A stretch of DNA of 64,000 nt from Felis catus (Eukaryota), in contig NC_058368.1 in the NCBI RefSeq assembly GCF_018350175.1, positions 115,074,001-115,138,000 on the forward strand, in the 5' to 3' direction. Of this stretch, positions 52,271 to 64,000 are shown piece after piece. The notes beneath the pieces were generated by a model. The model was not told where the DNA came from and ran no database searches. It was given only the letters and a program-made list of their open reading frames with translations. The position numbers were made by a program, and so were the translations under genes. Each line of letters begins with the position of its first letter. The first letter of the stretch is position 1.

Positions 52271-53909
52271 CATTTTAGCCTAAATTCACAGCTTGACAAT
52301 TTTCAGGCCACAAAAGGAATATGATTTCCACCCCAAATGCACTCTAGGGCTGGCTTGGGTGAGGAATTTTCTGGGGAATTTTTCTCCCTTCTATTCAAAA
52401 CCAAATTGTCTTAATATCTCCTTTTGAGTAGATTTTCATTTTTCTAATTCTTCTTTTCATGGGCTGTAGGCTTTGTCTCCTGTCCCCCAGTTTACAAAGC
52501 CATGAAACCAAAAGCTCTTGGCCACTACAGAATGGCAATGTCCCGAGGACTGTTCTAAGTTTCAGTTTTCCTTATTCACTTAGGATTTGTGTTTTCCATT
52601 ATATTTGTCTTTAGGACTTCTCTCACTGCCTTGCAGGGCTACCACATAAAGAATATGATGTTATTAATTTCCCCTTCCGCTATACAAAGCAGTGGCCCTA
52701 CAGTTTGTTGGGTGATTTGAGCATTTAAGGAAATGTTTATATGCTTATTAATCCAGCAACTTCGGGTATTCTGAACCATGAACGCTTCTCGTGAAATGTG
52801 AACCACCACTTGCTAGATAAAGAAATCTCCAGGTTCCCCGTTTCATTTTGTTTACATCTTACATTATTGTTTACATCTTAATTACAAATATAATATAGAT
52901 TCATTGGAAGAAAAATCACACAAAACATAAAATAAAAAGCTTCCCTGCTGTTAGTGGCTTCATTCCTCCTACAAATTTTTGGTGATTTCAGCTTTTAAGT
53001 TAGACCATTTAGTTTGTACCATGAAACGCTCTAAAACACTCTCTCTAAAGTTCTGTGGGTACCACAGAATTGGGAACCAGTTTCCACTCTCAAGAAGCTT
53101 TCAATTCTATTAGGGAAACAGGAAAGAACTGGCATACACGGAGAATTACAGGTATTTAAGAATTGGTTTAGGAGTCCAGACAAATGCTAATAAAGTTGAA
53201 AGGAAAAAACTTTGTGGACTGGAGTTAGGCAAGGAAGAAATTAAGAAGGAGGTAGTCAATAATGAAAAAAATTGAAGGCAGCTAGAGGATGTGAAGGAGG
53301 CAGGGGCACATCACAGAGATAGATTCAAAAGAAATGCTTAAGGGACAAGTTAATTAAGCCAAGTGGTACCTCCCTACCAGAATGAAGTCTTGGTTTCTGC
53401 AGTAGTCAGGATGGCTAGTCAGGCTTAGAGCTCATTCTCTATTTGTCATTAATTGCCATTTGAAAAAATATATCAGACTTTGAATGCAGCCTTAAAAGCT
53501 ACAGCTATCCAACTGCCTAGGGCCAATCTTGGCTAATATGCTAATCAATTTATCAGATATAAAATTGTTTGGGCACCTCCCCTGTCACTAGAGGAGTATG
53601 AAAAATTAGTTCTTGGAGTCAAGAGATCAGAACTACTCCTTGGAGTCACATTTGGACTTTTATCAAACGCTGACATCTCCAACGTCTGACCTCATCCCAA
53701 TCTCTAATCTTCTATTTTCTGGGCCATCAGCTGGGACTGGGAGTTGGGGGGGTGACACATACTTATTTCCACAACTCAACTTTAGATTTTAAAGGGTCAA
53801 AGAATGGTATCTGAATCATCCACTGTTACACCATTAATAGTAACAGCACTCACCACACCACCCCCATGTGGAAAAACATTTCATTTCCTGGGTACAAGCT
53901 TTTTCTTTT

Positions 53910-56450
53910 GTTTCTTCATTTATTCTTTCGGTAATTATTTCCTAGCTCTCAGTACGAGGTTCTGTGCTATATACAAGGGAGGCAACCAGATTGGGATAGA
54001 AGGCAAATCCTATCCTTCTCATACAGTCTAAGGTTATCAACAATAAACAGGTAATCAAACAAAGATATAACCTCAAATTGAGATGAATGCTGTGAAGAAG
54101 CAAAAGGAATTTAAGAGGAATTTAAGATACGACAGAGAGAGCCTGGAGATTTTATTAATACGAATATGTTCAGTTGCAAGTAACATAATAAATACTACCA
54201 CTGATTTTTTAAAAACAAAGACATTTATCTCTCCCGAAAGAAGTATGGAAGTAGACGGTTCCTAAATCAGTATAGTGGCTACACTCTATCATAAAGGACT
54301 CAGTCTCCTTATATCTTTTCCCCTCTTTTATTTCTGTGCCTCAGCATGTTGACTTTTTGTCCTTGGGCTTGTCACCTCACTAATCTAAACTGCTATACTT
54401 CTAAGACAACTGCAATCAAGGAATAAAGAGGTGGCCAGAGTCTCCTTACTTTCTTTTTAACTAATCTCTACACCCACCATGGGGCTCGAACTCAAGACCC
54501 CAAGAGCAAGAGTCGCATGCTCTACTGACTGAGCCAGCCAGGTGCCCCTGGACTTTTTATAAGAGAGCAAAATCCTTCTGAGAAGCTTTATAAGCAAACA
54601 TCTCTTTATGTCTCTTTGGTCAGAGCTGGGTCACATGCACACCTCTAAATCAATCTACATCCACAGAGATTGGGATTAGTGCGCTTGGTTTAGATTATTC
54701 ATTTCCTAGCAGTAGGAGAGTGAACCCTCCCTCTCTGAACATGTTGCTGTCCTCACAATTATCCAAGTTCCTTAAAATAGATCTTAAAAAAGGGAAATCA
54801 TTTTTTAGTAGACACAATAGTGAAAATAAAAATCCAAAAGATTCATTCACCAAGTAAGTAACTAAATAGAGACAAAGACGACTCAAACATCCCTCAAAAG
54901 TTTCAAGCTTGGGTAACTACGACAATCACACTGCCAAGAATAGATAAAAAGAGAATGTGGGAGGAAAAACTTAGTTTGTGAGAGAGACAGAAAGTAATTC
55001 CACTTTTTTCTCCTTGAGTTTGAGGTGCAATTAGACTGGTAGAAATGGAGGATGAGACTTGAGGGAAGAGCTAGACTTCAACATTCATACTGGAATCATC
55101 CACAATGAGGCAGGATTTGAAACCATGGGGATAGACAGAACCACTGGTACAGAAAAGGGAGAGAGCAAAGGGAAAATGTCAGAAAAAAATCTTGGTGAAT
55201 AGCTATAATTAGGAAATAGTAACATGATGATGTTGCCATAAAAGGAAAAGGAGAGGGAATAATTAATTTCAGAAATACAAGAATCAAAGGACCACAATCA
55301 CATGGCAGCCAAGAAGTTTCTTTTTCTTTTTCTTTTTTTTTTTTTTTTTTTCAATATTTTATGTTTAGGAGCGCCTGGGTGGCTCAGTCAGTTGAGCGTC
55401 CAACTTCGGCTCAATTTATGATCTCATAGTCTGTGAGTTTAAGCCCCGCGTCAGGCTCTGTGCTGACAGCTCGGAGCCTGTAGCCTGCTTCGGATTCTGT
55501 GTCTCCCTCTCTCTCTGACCCTCCCCCGTTCATGGTCTGTCTCTCTCTGTCTCAAAAATAAATAAACGTTAAAAAAAAAAGATTTTATTTTTAAATAACG
55601 TCTACCCAACATAGGGCTCGAACCCACACCCCCAAGATCAAGAGTTGCATGCTGCACTGACTGAGCCAGCCAAGTGCCCCAAGAAGTAGTTTCCAAAGGG
55701 AAGGAGTGATTGACATTGTTGACTGCTACAGAGATGTTAATGATTCCAAAATACTCTTGAAAATTTTCAGGAACGGTAGGAACATAATGCTCCTGTGCAC
55801 TTAATTGGATCCCTTTTTGTCTATTCTTTTAATGAGTTTGGAAGGGAAGGAACATATAGGTTGTCATGCTGGAGGCAACAGTAAAGTGGTAGTGGTAAGG
55901 AGCCAATGGATAAGTAATTGAGAAGATTGTGAGCTAAGAGGAAGGAGCCTGGAGAGAGGGGAGAAGGTGAGGAACACTGATGGAAGGGGAAAATAGATGT
56001 ACAGAGGCTGGAGCTCACGTTAAGGCTAAAAGCCAGGTTCAGCAGTAGAGATGAGAATGTGAATAATGGAAGTAGTCAGAGAACATAAGATGTTGAAAAA
56101 AATGGGAAATGAATTTCAAGGTATGTAGTGAACAACAGAAGTAAGGATAAAGGTCAAGAGAGGGGAAAATGTTAATCCCCAGCAAACTCATAAAAGCCAT
56201 CAAGAAAGAGAAGAGAAGATGTAGATGGGCACTGAAATTCACTAAGGATGGCAGGATAAACATCTGGAAGCTGGAGGCCAACAGGAAGAGATGGGACTCG
56301 GTGATAAGACACTGGCCAAATGGCAAAAAAATGAATTGGTAAAACTTTAGTGGGAAGAGTATAACTGAAGAAACCAGAAAGACAAGAAAGCATGGCATAA
56401 GGAGTACAGGGTCAGGCGGGGGGGAGACATTCATTTTATAAGGAGATGTA
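53910..56450 (-). mobile_element. Fragmented L2 interrupted by an MLT1 LTR (~54150-54730) and SINEs (~54450-54548 -, 55367-55580 +, ~55318-55680 -)
   Basis: L2-like purine-rich plus strand; MLT1 motif cagagctgggtcacatg; SINE bodies. Confidence 0.65.
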
Positions 56451-57864
56451 ACTAACATAAAATCTGCTAAGGAGGTTCCTAGGCAGATGACCAGAAGAGA
56501 CAGGATAGAAAAGAATCCTATTCCAGGGACCCATCATAACAGAATTTAATTGCAGTATGACTGAGGGCACATGTACATCCCTTTTTGTACCAGGCACTGG
56601 TCCATGACCCCTACGAACTGTGGAGAGTTCAAACAGAAGTACTGCCTTCAGTGAGAACCTACAACCCCATATAATTGCATAATAACGCATACATATGCAG
56701 ATGAGAATGTGAATTACTAAAGATGGATACAGAACAGAAAACGATGGAAAAAGGGGCACGAGAACAGCAAAAGCCAGCGTTCCCTGGGGCAAGCACACCA
56801 ATTTCTTGATAATTTAACTCGTGACAGATAAAAGGTAAAAGCTACACATAGAGAGGTAAGAGGAAACAAAAGAAGGTAGCCCGCACTTTGGCAGAGAAGC
56901 CAAAGTATTTCTTTCTTTGAGAAATAAAACTGAAACCAGATTACAGGAGGCTGCATGGCCTCTCAAATTCACTAGGCCTTTCAGAGACTTCTCACACACA
57001 GAAGCACAAATTACTTGTCCAGAATGCCAGAGATTCCTGGTAAGTCAGACTGTACACAAACAGACACAAGTGCCCTTATGAGATGATATCAGGTCAGAGA
57101 AAGGCCAGTGAAAATAACTGACTTGAAGAATAAAAAAGGAGGCAGAACAGAGAGAGAAGGAAAGAGAGGGAGATGGGGGGAGGCGGGGGGAAGGGGCAGT
57201 GAGATGGGGAAGGAAGAAAGAAACCATGAAAAAATGAAGCTGCCAAAGGCATCAGACCCCAATCTCCCTATCTCTGCCTCTCTTCTTATGCAAGAGAGTG
57301 ACCAGTCTTATACAAAGGCAACAAACAGCAAAAAATGAGTGTCTGTGACCCATACGTAAGTGTGAATAATATTTAAGTAAGGGAACAAGGGCCATGTAAC
57401 ATTCACTGGCCATGTCAATTACATTTACGTCAACTCTTTCTTCTTGATCTTGTAATAACTGCCTCATGTTTAACATAAGGCAAGATATCTCTTTATCCAC
57501 AGAAATGTGTATGTAGGCTTTATTAAGCAATTAACCCAAGTAGGCAAATAAACACCCTCATGAAACATCAAGATTAGTACCAAGATATATATGTGGTAGG
57601 ACAGAAGCAGAGAAGAAAATTAGGAAGATAAAGGTTTATACTGTGAAAACAAAAGAAATAAAAATTGCCTTACAGTGAAAACTCAATAGTAAAAAGGACA
57701 CATAGTGAACATGATGATGTTATACCCCTTATCACTGACAGGAGCTTTATAATCGTTTTCACAGGACATGTTGTATATTGTGTTATTTCATATTCACTCA
57801 ACCTTCTGCGATGCAGAGAACAGCTATCATTGTTTTTAGTTAACAAATGAAAAAGTGAGGCTTT

Positions 57865-58085
57865 GGGGTCCCCGGGTGGCTCAGTCGGTTGGGTGGCTGA
57901 CTTTGGCTTGGGTCATGATCTCACGGTCCATGGGTTCAAGCCCCGTGTTGGGCTCTGTGCTGACAGCTCAGAGCCTGAAGCCTGCTTCAGATTCCATGTC
58001 TCCCTCTCTCTCTGCCCCTCCCCCACTTGCACTCTGTCTCTCAAAAATGAGTAAAAATATTAAAAATTTAAAAAAAAGAAAAAAA
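57865..58085 (+). mobile_element. CAN-SINE inserted in a MIR (~57740-58200, -)
   Basis: TSD gaaaa(a/g)gtgaggctt duplicates the MIR core. Confidence 0.9.
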
Positions 58086-60377
58086 GAAAAGGTGAGGCTT
58101 AGAAAGGTGAAATCACTTGACTGTGGGCAAACAATCAGTACAGAACAGACACTGGACTTGAACCTAGATCTTCTGACTCTTGGTGCTGTGGTCTGACTGG
58201 TCGTCCCAAATACTTGAACTTCTGGACTGAGCAGCATTCTTGCCCATAAGCAGAAAACAAGGAGGAAAGATGCCTAAATAACACTGAGACTATGTTTTCA
58301 ACATGCTCACTATCCCTTGAATGCCCTCTTGACAAAGAGCAAGCTCAACTAATCACACACTGTGTGTGTGTGCACGTGCGTATACACGCATGGTATGTGT
58401 GTGCATACCTGTATGCCGGGGGCAGGTAGAGAGCGGCAAAACCAACACTTAGGACATCAACAGTAAATCATGAATATCAGGTTAGAGCACTGAAGCCTGC
58501 CTCTCTGCATGGAAACAGTTACCTTGTATCAAGTTCCTCTTTGCATAAAACAATGACATTTTCATGATGTTCAGGAGCCTGCTTTTGGCTTCCAAAAGCT
58601 CTGGCGCCATACCATGCTGTCACTGCCCTCCAGTGAGCCATCAAAAGCTTGGCTAGAATATTTTAAATACAGCAGTTTGCTTGCCACCAAAACACTAAGT
58701 TGCGATATTTTATATTTATCTCTATTTAAATTTTAGTGATGCTGCATAAATGTTAACGTGGTCTTATGCTAATACAATCACAGAGAAGTCTTAATAATAC
58801 CATGTACTGGCTCACCCCCAGGGTGAGTTATGGCCTGCTAACCAGACCTAATGCATGCTTCTCAAGTCATTTAGTTAGTTCCTTTTAAATAAGATGTGAC
58901 ATCAAGAATGTTACACAGTTTCCCCCAAGAAATGAGTTTCCAGAAGCAATGGCAAGGGACATTTGCTCATATTGAAAGTAGAAAGAAGGTACTTGGGATT
59001 ACAGGAAAGAATTCCATAAAGAGTCTGGGGAGAGAGCTTACTAATGTTTGATTTAGTTATTTCATGGCTTTTGAGAAACAAAAAGTGAGCCTCAGTAAGT
59101 TCTCAAGCTTTTAAAGCCCTGAAGGTAAGACCCTGGACTTCTCTCTAGGGCTGAAATCACAATGTTACCAATGACAAACTCACGGTTTCTCTACCATTCC
59201 AGTGGATGCACATGCAAACATTTCCTTGGGCTTCCTAAGAGCTTGTCTAGGCCTGGTAGACGAGACTGAGGGAGGTGGAGGGCCCTGGAAGCCACATCCT
59301 TGACTGTCAACAATACAGCCACAGGATAACCAGGGCTTGAATATCAAGGCACGTTAGCCATAAGGGACACAAAGACGTGCAGGGTGCTCAGCCTTCCCTC
59401 ATGCAACAATTCTTCTAGCCTTCCCAGCTTTGCCCCTCAATTTACTAAAAAAAGATGCTGAAGCCTTTCACAATGAGAAGGCATCAGAGATTCTGATTAA
59501 ACGACAATAAACATGGATGAAAGGCAAAGGAAATCTTTTCAAAACAAAGCCTGCAATGGTAGAAATGTTCAAAATAGCCTTTCTGCTGCAACATCTTAAT
59601 CCCAGCACTCAAGCAGAACAACCCCTAACAGCCACCACCCATGCCCATGCAGCAAGATCCAGAATACTGGTTATTTTAGAGGCAAAGGAACAGATAGGAA
59701 CAGATTTTCAAAAATGAAAGGAACTACAGCTACCAAGGACCAACTGCAGCTTGAAGACGTCTTGACCTTTTTAGTATAGTGATGTAGTACCCAAAAACCT
59801 TTTTGCATCCACCCTTTAGAGATGCTGCCTCCCCACTCCTCTTGCCTTATCACTTTTCTAGCATAAGCCAGAATAAGTGAAATTAAAACAAATCCCAACC
59901 CAGAGAGTACAAAAACCTGATTGCATGTTGACTGGTACCAGACAATCAGAAGACATAATCCCCTCCAAGAGGCCCCCCTTGGTCAGGTTCATCATTTATT
60001 CATCACCAGACATGGCTTCGCTGCAAAAGGATCAACTCTTAGAGTTCATTCCTTCCCACCCAACTAGCTATGGTTGCTCTAACTTTTTATTGCTTTGAAT
60101 ACCAAAGAATGTGACCTATAGTACATTATTAAATGTCCTTAAGAGAAGGCAGAACAGAAAGTTGTACATGGTAAAAATATCTACTCGGAGTAAGGGCAGA
60201 ATCAAATTCTTACTCTCGTTTCATTAGGATTACACTAAAATGTGGATAGGCACGTGCAAGAAAGAGTTAAAGTGTAACCTTCTTCCAGGCCAATCAGGCC
60301 AAAAATAAAGCTATACTTCACCTGAAGGACCCCGACAATTCTGCCAATGGGATGTCCATCCATGTCATGCCGCTCAC

Positions 60378-60499
60378 CTGGAAAAGGCAGCCCCCAGCAC
60401 AAATGCAGCATACTCCTTCACCAGGGGCTCTGTGCTGTTCAGCCCATTGATCACCACTTGAAGACCACCGAAGGAAAGCAGGTCCTGTGCATTATCCAT
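60378..60499 (-). CDS. SIL1: SIL1 nucleotide exchange factor, internal coding exon (exon 7 by human numbering), 122 nt
   Basis: Minus strand reads ctttgttacag|ATG GAT AAT GCA CAG...GCC TTT TCC AG|gtgagc and translates [40 protein letters not shown](S), matching recalled human SIL1 (about residues 216-256, including the NST sequon). Canonical AG/GT sites; phase 0 entry, phase 2 exit. Confidence 0.97.
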
Positions 60500-60917
60500 C
60501 TGTAACAAAGACATGGCTTAGTACAGTCCAGCCATCAAGGATTACTGCCTTTCTTTTGGTGACTATTCTAAAAGCCTAAAAAATCAAGTAAAAACCAATG
60601 GAGACCTTTCTAACTGGAAAAAGATAAGTAAAAACAACCTAAATTCATAAATTTGAGATTTCTGAATTCGTCTAACATGATTTTCGAGCACCTGTGTGGA
60701 AATGGCAGAAATGGCACCTAGTTATTGTTTATGCCAAACATGTCCTGGAAAATTCTAAAACCATAATGAATCACAAAGCTTACTCCAAATGTACAAGCTG
60801 TTAACACAAAGATCTGACATCGTCAGGACTAGTAAATAGTGCCATGCTTCCTATTGATGTCTAGTCCTAATGCAGGCAGTGGAAGCAGCAGACACACACA
60901 CAAAAAAAGGCTTTTTC

Positions 60918-61142
60918 AAATTTTGTTATTATTATTGTTTAAATGTTTGTTTATTTTTGAGAGGAAGAGAGAGAGCATGAGCAGGGGAGGTGCAGAGTGG
61001 GGGGGGGGTGGGGGGAGAAGATCTGAAGTGGGCTCTGTGCTGACAGGAGAGAGCCTTATGCAGGGCTCCAACTCACAAACCATGATATCATGACTTGAGC
61101 CCAAGTTGGATGCTTAACTGACTGGTGCCACCCAGGCGCCCC
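60918..61142 (-). mobile_element. CAN-SINE
   Basis: SINE body; TSD aaaggct..ttttcaa. Confidence 0.9.
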
Positions 61143-61920
61143 AAAGGCTGTTTTTCAATTAGAAGTCAAGGGACTATGTAACATGAATCCTGTTGCACAG
61201 GGAGGGGGGTCTAGCAGAGTGCTAGAGGAAGAATACCAATAATACCTCCTCTCCTCTTCTTCCTCACTTCATACAGTCTAAGGCTGACTCACTGTGAGGG
61301 CACTCATGATAAAAAGTATACAGAAGTCTCTCTCAAAGGCTATACAGTGTGATAAAATTCTATCAAACAGCACTGGTCTAGGCTATCCTTTAAGGTCCAA
61401 AGCCCCAAGTCTAGACTCTCTTTTATTCTAAAGGGAATATCATGCCCCAGGCTTCATTAATATCCTGGAACAAGAACACTCAACTTGCTCAGAAAGGTCA
61501 CTGGATCCGGTTTCCTTCATGCAGTAACTATGGTCTCCACTGGAAATACCTTTGTTGATACAAAGGCTGCCTCCTGCCCACAAGTGGATTCCACTCTACA
61601 AATCATCAGGACAATGCAGGAAGCTAGAGCCCAACAATGTATCTGCTACCCACCTTTTTCCTCCAGATGCCACAGAGCCACTTCCTAACTTTGTCCTTCT
61701 AAACTAGACAAAGGCTCTAACAGAGAAACTGAGTTTGAAGGACTTTGATTCTTCCTGTGTTTCTGAGTGGAACTAGCCTGTTTTTACCACTTAGAAGATC
61801 ATTTTTATATATTCTGATATCATCTCCACAAGAGCAGTTTTATTTTCTGTCTGTCCACTCTTGTAGATCCAGTGATTACAACAGCGTCGAGTATATAATT
61901 AGGTACTCAATAAATAATTG

Positions 61921-62113
61921 GGTTTTTAAAAATGTTTATTTTTGAGAGAGAAAGAGAGGTAACGTGGGAGCAGGACAGGGAAGGGGTGGGGGATCCAAAA
62001 CAGGCTCTGTGCTGATAGCAGGGAGCCTAACGTGGGGCTAGAACTCGTGAACTATGAGATCATGACCTGAGCTGAAGTCTGGCCCTTAACGGACTGAGCC
62101 ACCCAGGAACCCC
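61921..62113 (-). mobile_element. CAN-SINE inserted in an L2 3' end
   Basis: TSD aataaataa(t/c)tg. Confidence 0.88.
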
Positions 62114-63737
62114 AATAAATAACTGTTAAACCAACGAACAAATCTGATCAAAAAAAAAAAAAAGTTACTGCAATAAAGTCTACTGTGAATTAAAAAAAAA
62201 GGCAACCTGGGGTATCTGTGCCAACAAAATGGATGGATCCCCGGTACCAGAGACCTAAAGACATGGCCAATCCAGGGTCCTGAACAAGCATCGAGTCTGC
62301 TGTGCCATAACGGACCTAAGCCAGGGCTGGGATTTTTCTGTCCCAATCCGTCCTTATGAAGAGGAGTGATTACTGGGCCATAGGCCAGCCAACTAGGGAG
62401 ACTGAGAGTTGACTGTTTGCTGACATAAGCACTAATAATACTTCATGAGCCTTCCTTTCTCACATACTCTAATTTTAAAACCTAAGAACGCACTGCCTCT
62501 TTTTGATCCTCCCTCCTCCAAGTTTTCTGGATAACAAAGCCATGGCTCAGAGCCCTGTCATTCCATGCCTGGGGTGGCCACTTGTCAAACCTGGTAGGAG
62601 CTCTTAATGGAGCAGCTGCCAGTCTAACAGCCGCAGAGCAACACAGCCCGGAGTCCTAGCGGTTCTGATGCAGATGTAGTTTATCTTTATTACTACAAAG
62701 ACAATTCAGGGTGTTATAAATTCTAACATTTAGATAAGCACCTCAATCTCTTCAATATGTTTTCTCATTTGTTATTTCACTGAAGATGAGGAAGAATCAT
62801 TCTGCTCACTGCACACCCAGAAGATCTAGCTTCAAAATCTGGGCCCTGCTCAGTATCACACAGGAGAAGGCATCATCAGGGCCCAAGTCTGCAGTTCCCC
62901 ATCTAGATCTGGGGCCATAACTTTCCCCAGGCTGCCTTCAGTTTGGGGAGGGACAGGTGGACAGAAACTCAAGGCAGAGGGAGGAAGGGCGGGCATGAGT
63001 AAGGGAACTGTGCCAACACCCTGGCAGAAAAGAGAGAACAGAGCACTGGACAGGCAATGAGAGGACAGGAAACAGAGAAAGGGAGAAATGATGGTTAATA
63101 ACTGAGGAGTCATGTGAGGGGAGGCAAACATACTGCCCTAGGGTACATGGGGCAGACAGAGGCTGTACCTCATAAATAACTCACTATTTTCCAAATACAC
63201 AGTTTAGCTTTTCACAAATCTTGTTTAATAATTCCAATATAGCTGTGAAGAGTCCTAGGGCAGAGCCTGTTTGGGTCCTTGAAGCCTGTGGCTCCTCAAA
63301 GTTTCTAAACAGTGAGTCTAGAACCAAAGTGGACTGGTGAAGTTTCTGGCAAGGGGAGTCCTATCTTCCTCAAAGCTAGCACTTTATTACCCAACTCCCC
63401 ATCACAACTAGAATTAAAGGTTAAGCTGTGTCTCCTTTAATTCCCCTGTGAAATCACAATTCAACACTGTGGTATGATAGCCTGACATACCAGCCCAAAG
63501 CGAGAACCTTGTATTTCTAAAGGCCGATGACTCAGAACATTTATGACTCTTCTGCCAACAGAGCCAAGTTTGGCCTCACGAGGAAAATGGTTCCAGGGCT
63601 GACCTCAAACTAAGTTACGTGATGTTGAAGAAACTTTTTACCCCACCTAGTAACCCATGAAAGCAGAATAGAACGTCACCCTAGAGAGGACCCGCCACCA
63701 GATAACTGGCAGGCTTGCGTGAGAAAAAAATTTTGGA

Positions 63738-63945
63738 GGGCGCCTGGGTGGCTCAGTCGGTCAAGTGTCCAACTTCAGCTTAGGTCATGATCTAGCGGTT
63801 TCTGAGTTCGAGCCCTGCATCGGGTTCTGTGCTGACAGCTCGGAGCCTGGAGCCTGTTTCAGATTCTGTGTCTCGCGCTCTCTCTGCTTCTCCCCTGCTC
63901 ACGCTCTCTCTCTGTCTCAAAAATAAATAAAACATTTAAAAAAAA
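63738..63945 (+). mobile_element. CAN-SINE followed by a poly(T) run
   Basis: Full SINE body. Confidence 0.92.
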
Positions 63946-64000
63946 GTGTTTTTTTTTTTTTTTTTTTTTTTGTCTGGGCCCTGCTAGCCTCCTGGGTACT

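Larger units (their letters stand above)
1..60377 (-). other. SIL1: SIL1 intron downstream of the exon (intron 7), >60 kb, continuing beyond the window
   Basis: Starts at the GT donor at 60377. The next expected exon (NPKVQVEAIEGGALQKLL...) was not found; human intron 7 is also very long (recalled). Confidence 0.85.
60500..64000 (-). other. SIL1: SIL1 intron upstream of the exon (intron 6), partial
   Basis: Ends at the AG acceptor at 60500-60501; the preceding exon (...LEYYVHQ) was not seen. Confidence 0.85.

Noticed and set aside
60316..60324. Alternative donor CAG|GTGAAG 56 nt into the intron
   Set aside because: Weaker match than CAG|GTGAGC, would frameshift, and nothing supports its use.
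63738..63810. tRNA genes
   Set aside because: The A/B-box sequences are tRNA-derived SINE heads followed by CT tracts and A tails.
1..64000. A novel multi-gene system (operon, CRISPR, defence locus)
   Set aside because: This is mammalian intron. There are no spaced repeat arrays or non-repeat long ORFs; recurring ~200-bp units are dispersed CAN-SINEs.

Overview
Mammalian (felid-type, probably cat) genomic DNA, not microbial. The only recognisable protein-coding sequence is one 122-nt internal exon of SIL1 (ER nucleotide-exchange factor for BiP) on the minus strand at 60378-60499. By recalled human gene structure it is exon 7, so 1-60377 is the long downstream intron (intron 7) and 60500-64000 the upstream intron (intron 6). 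The rest is repeat-rich intron: ~30 carnivore tRNA-derived CAN-SINEs (many with readable TSDs), 5'-truncated carnivore/felid L1s, old L1M, L2, L3/CR1, MIR, MaLR/ERVL solo LTRs, DNA-transposon fossils and microsatellites. Most ORFs in the track come from these repeats or are chance ORFs. I see no evidence for a new biological system. The best observations are retrotransposition events readable from the sequence: a probable L1 3' transduction inside a split Tigger, nested insertions with shared or triplicated TSDs, and a 26-bp micro-inversion in a SINE tail. There are also a long CR1 fossil and several motif-dense candidate enhancers. Repeat family names are from recalled consensus sequences and boundaries are approximate unless a TSD is given.
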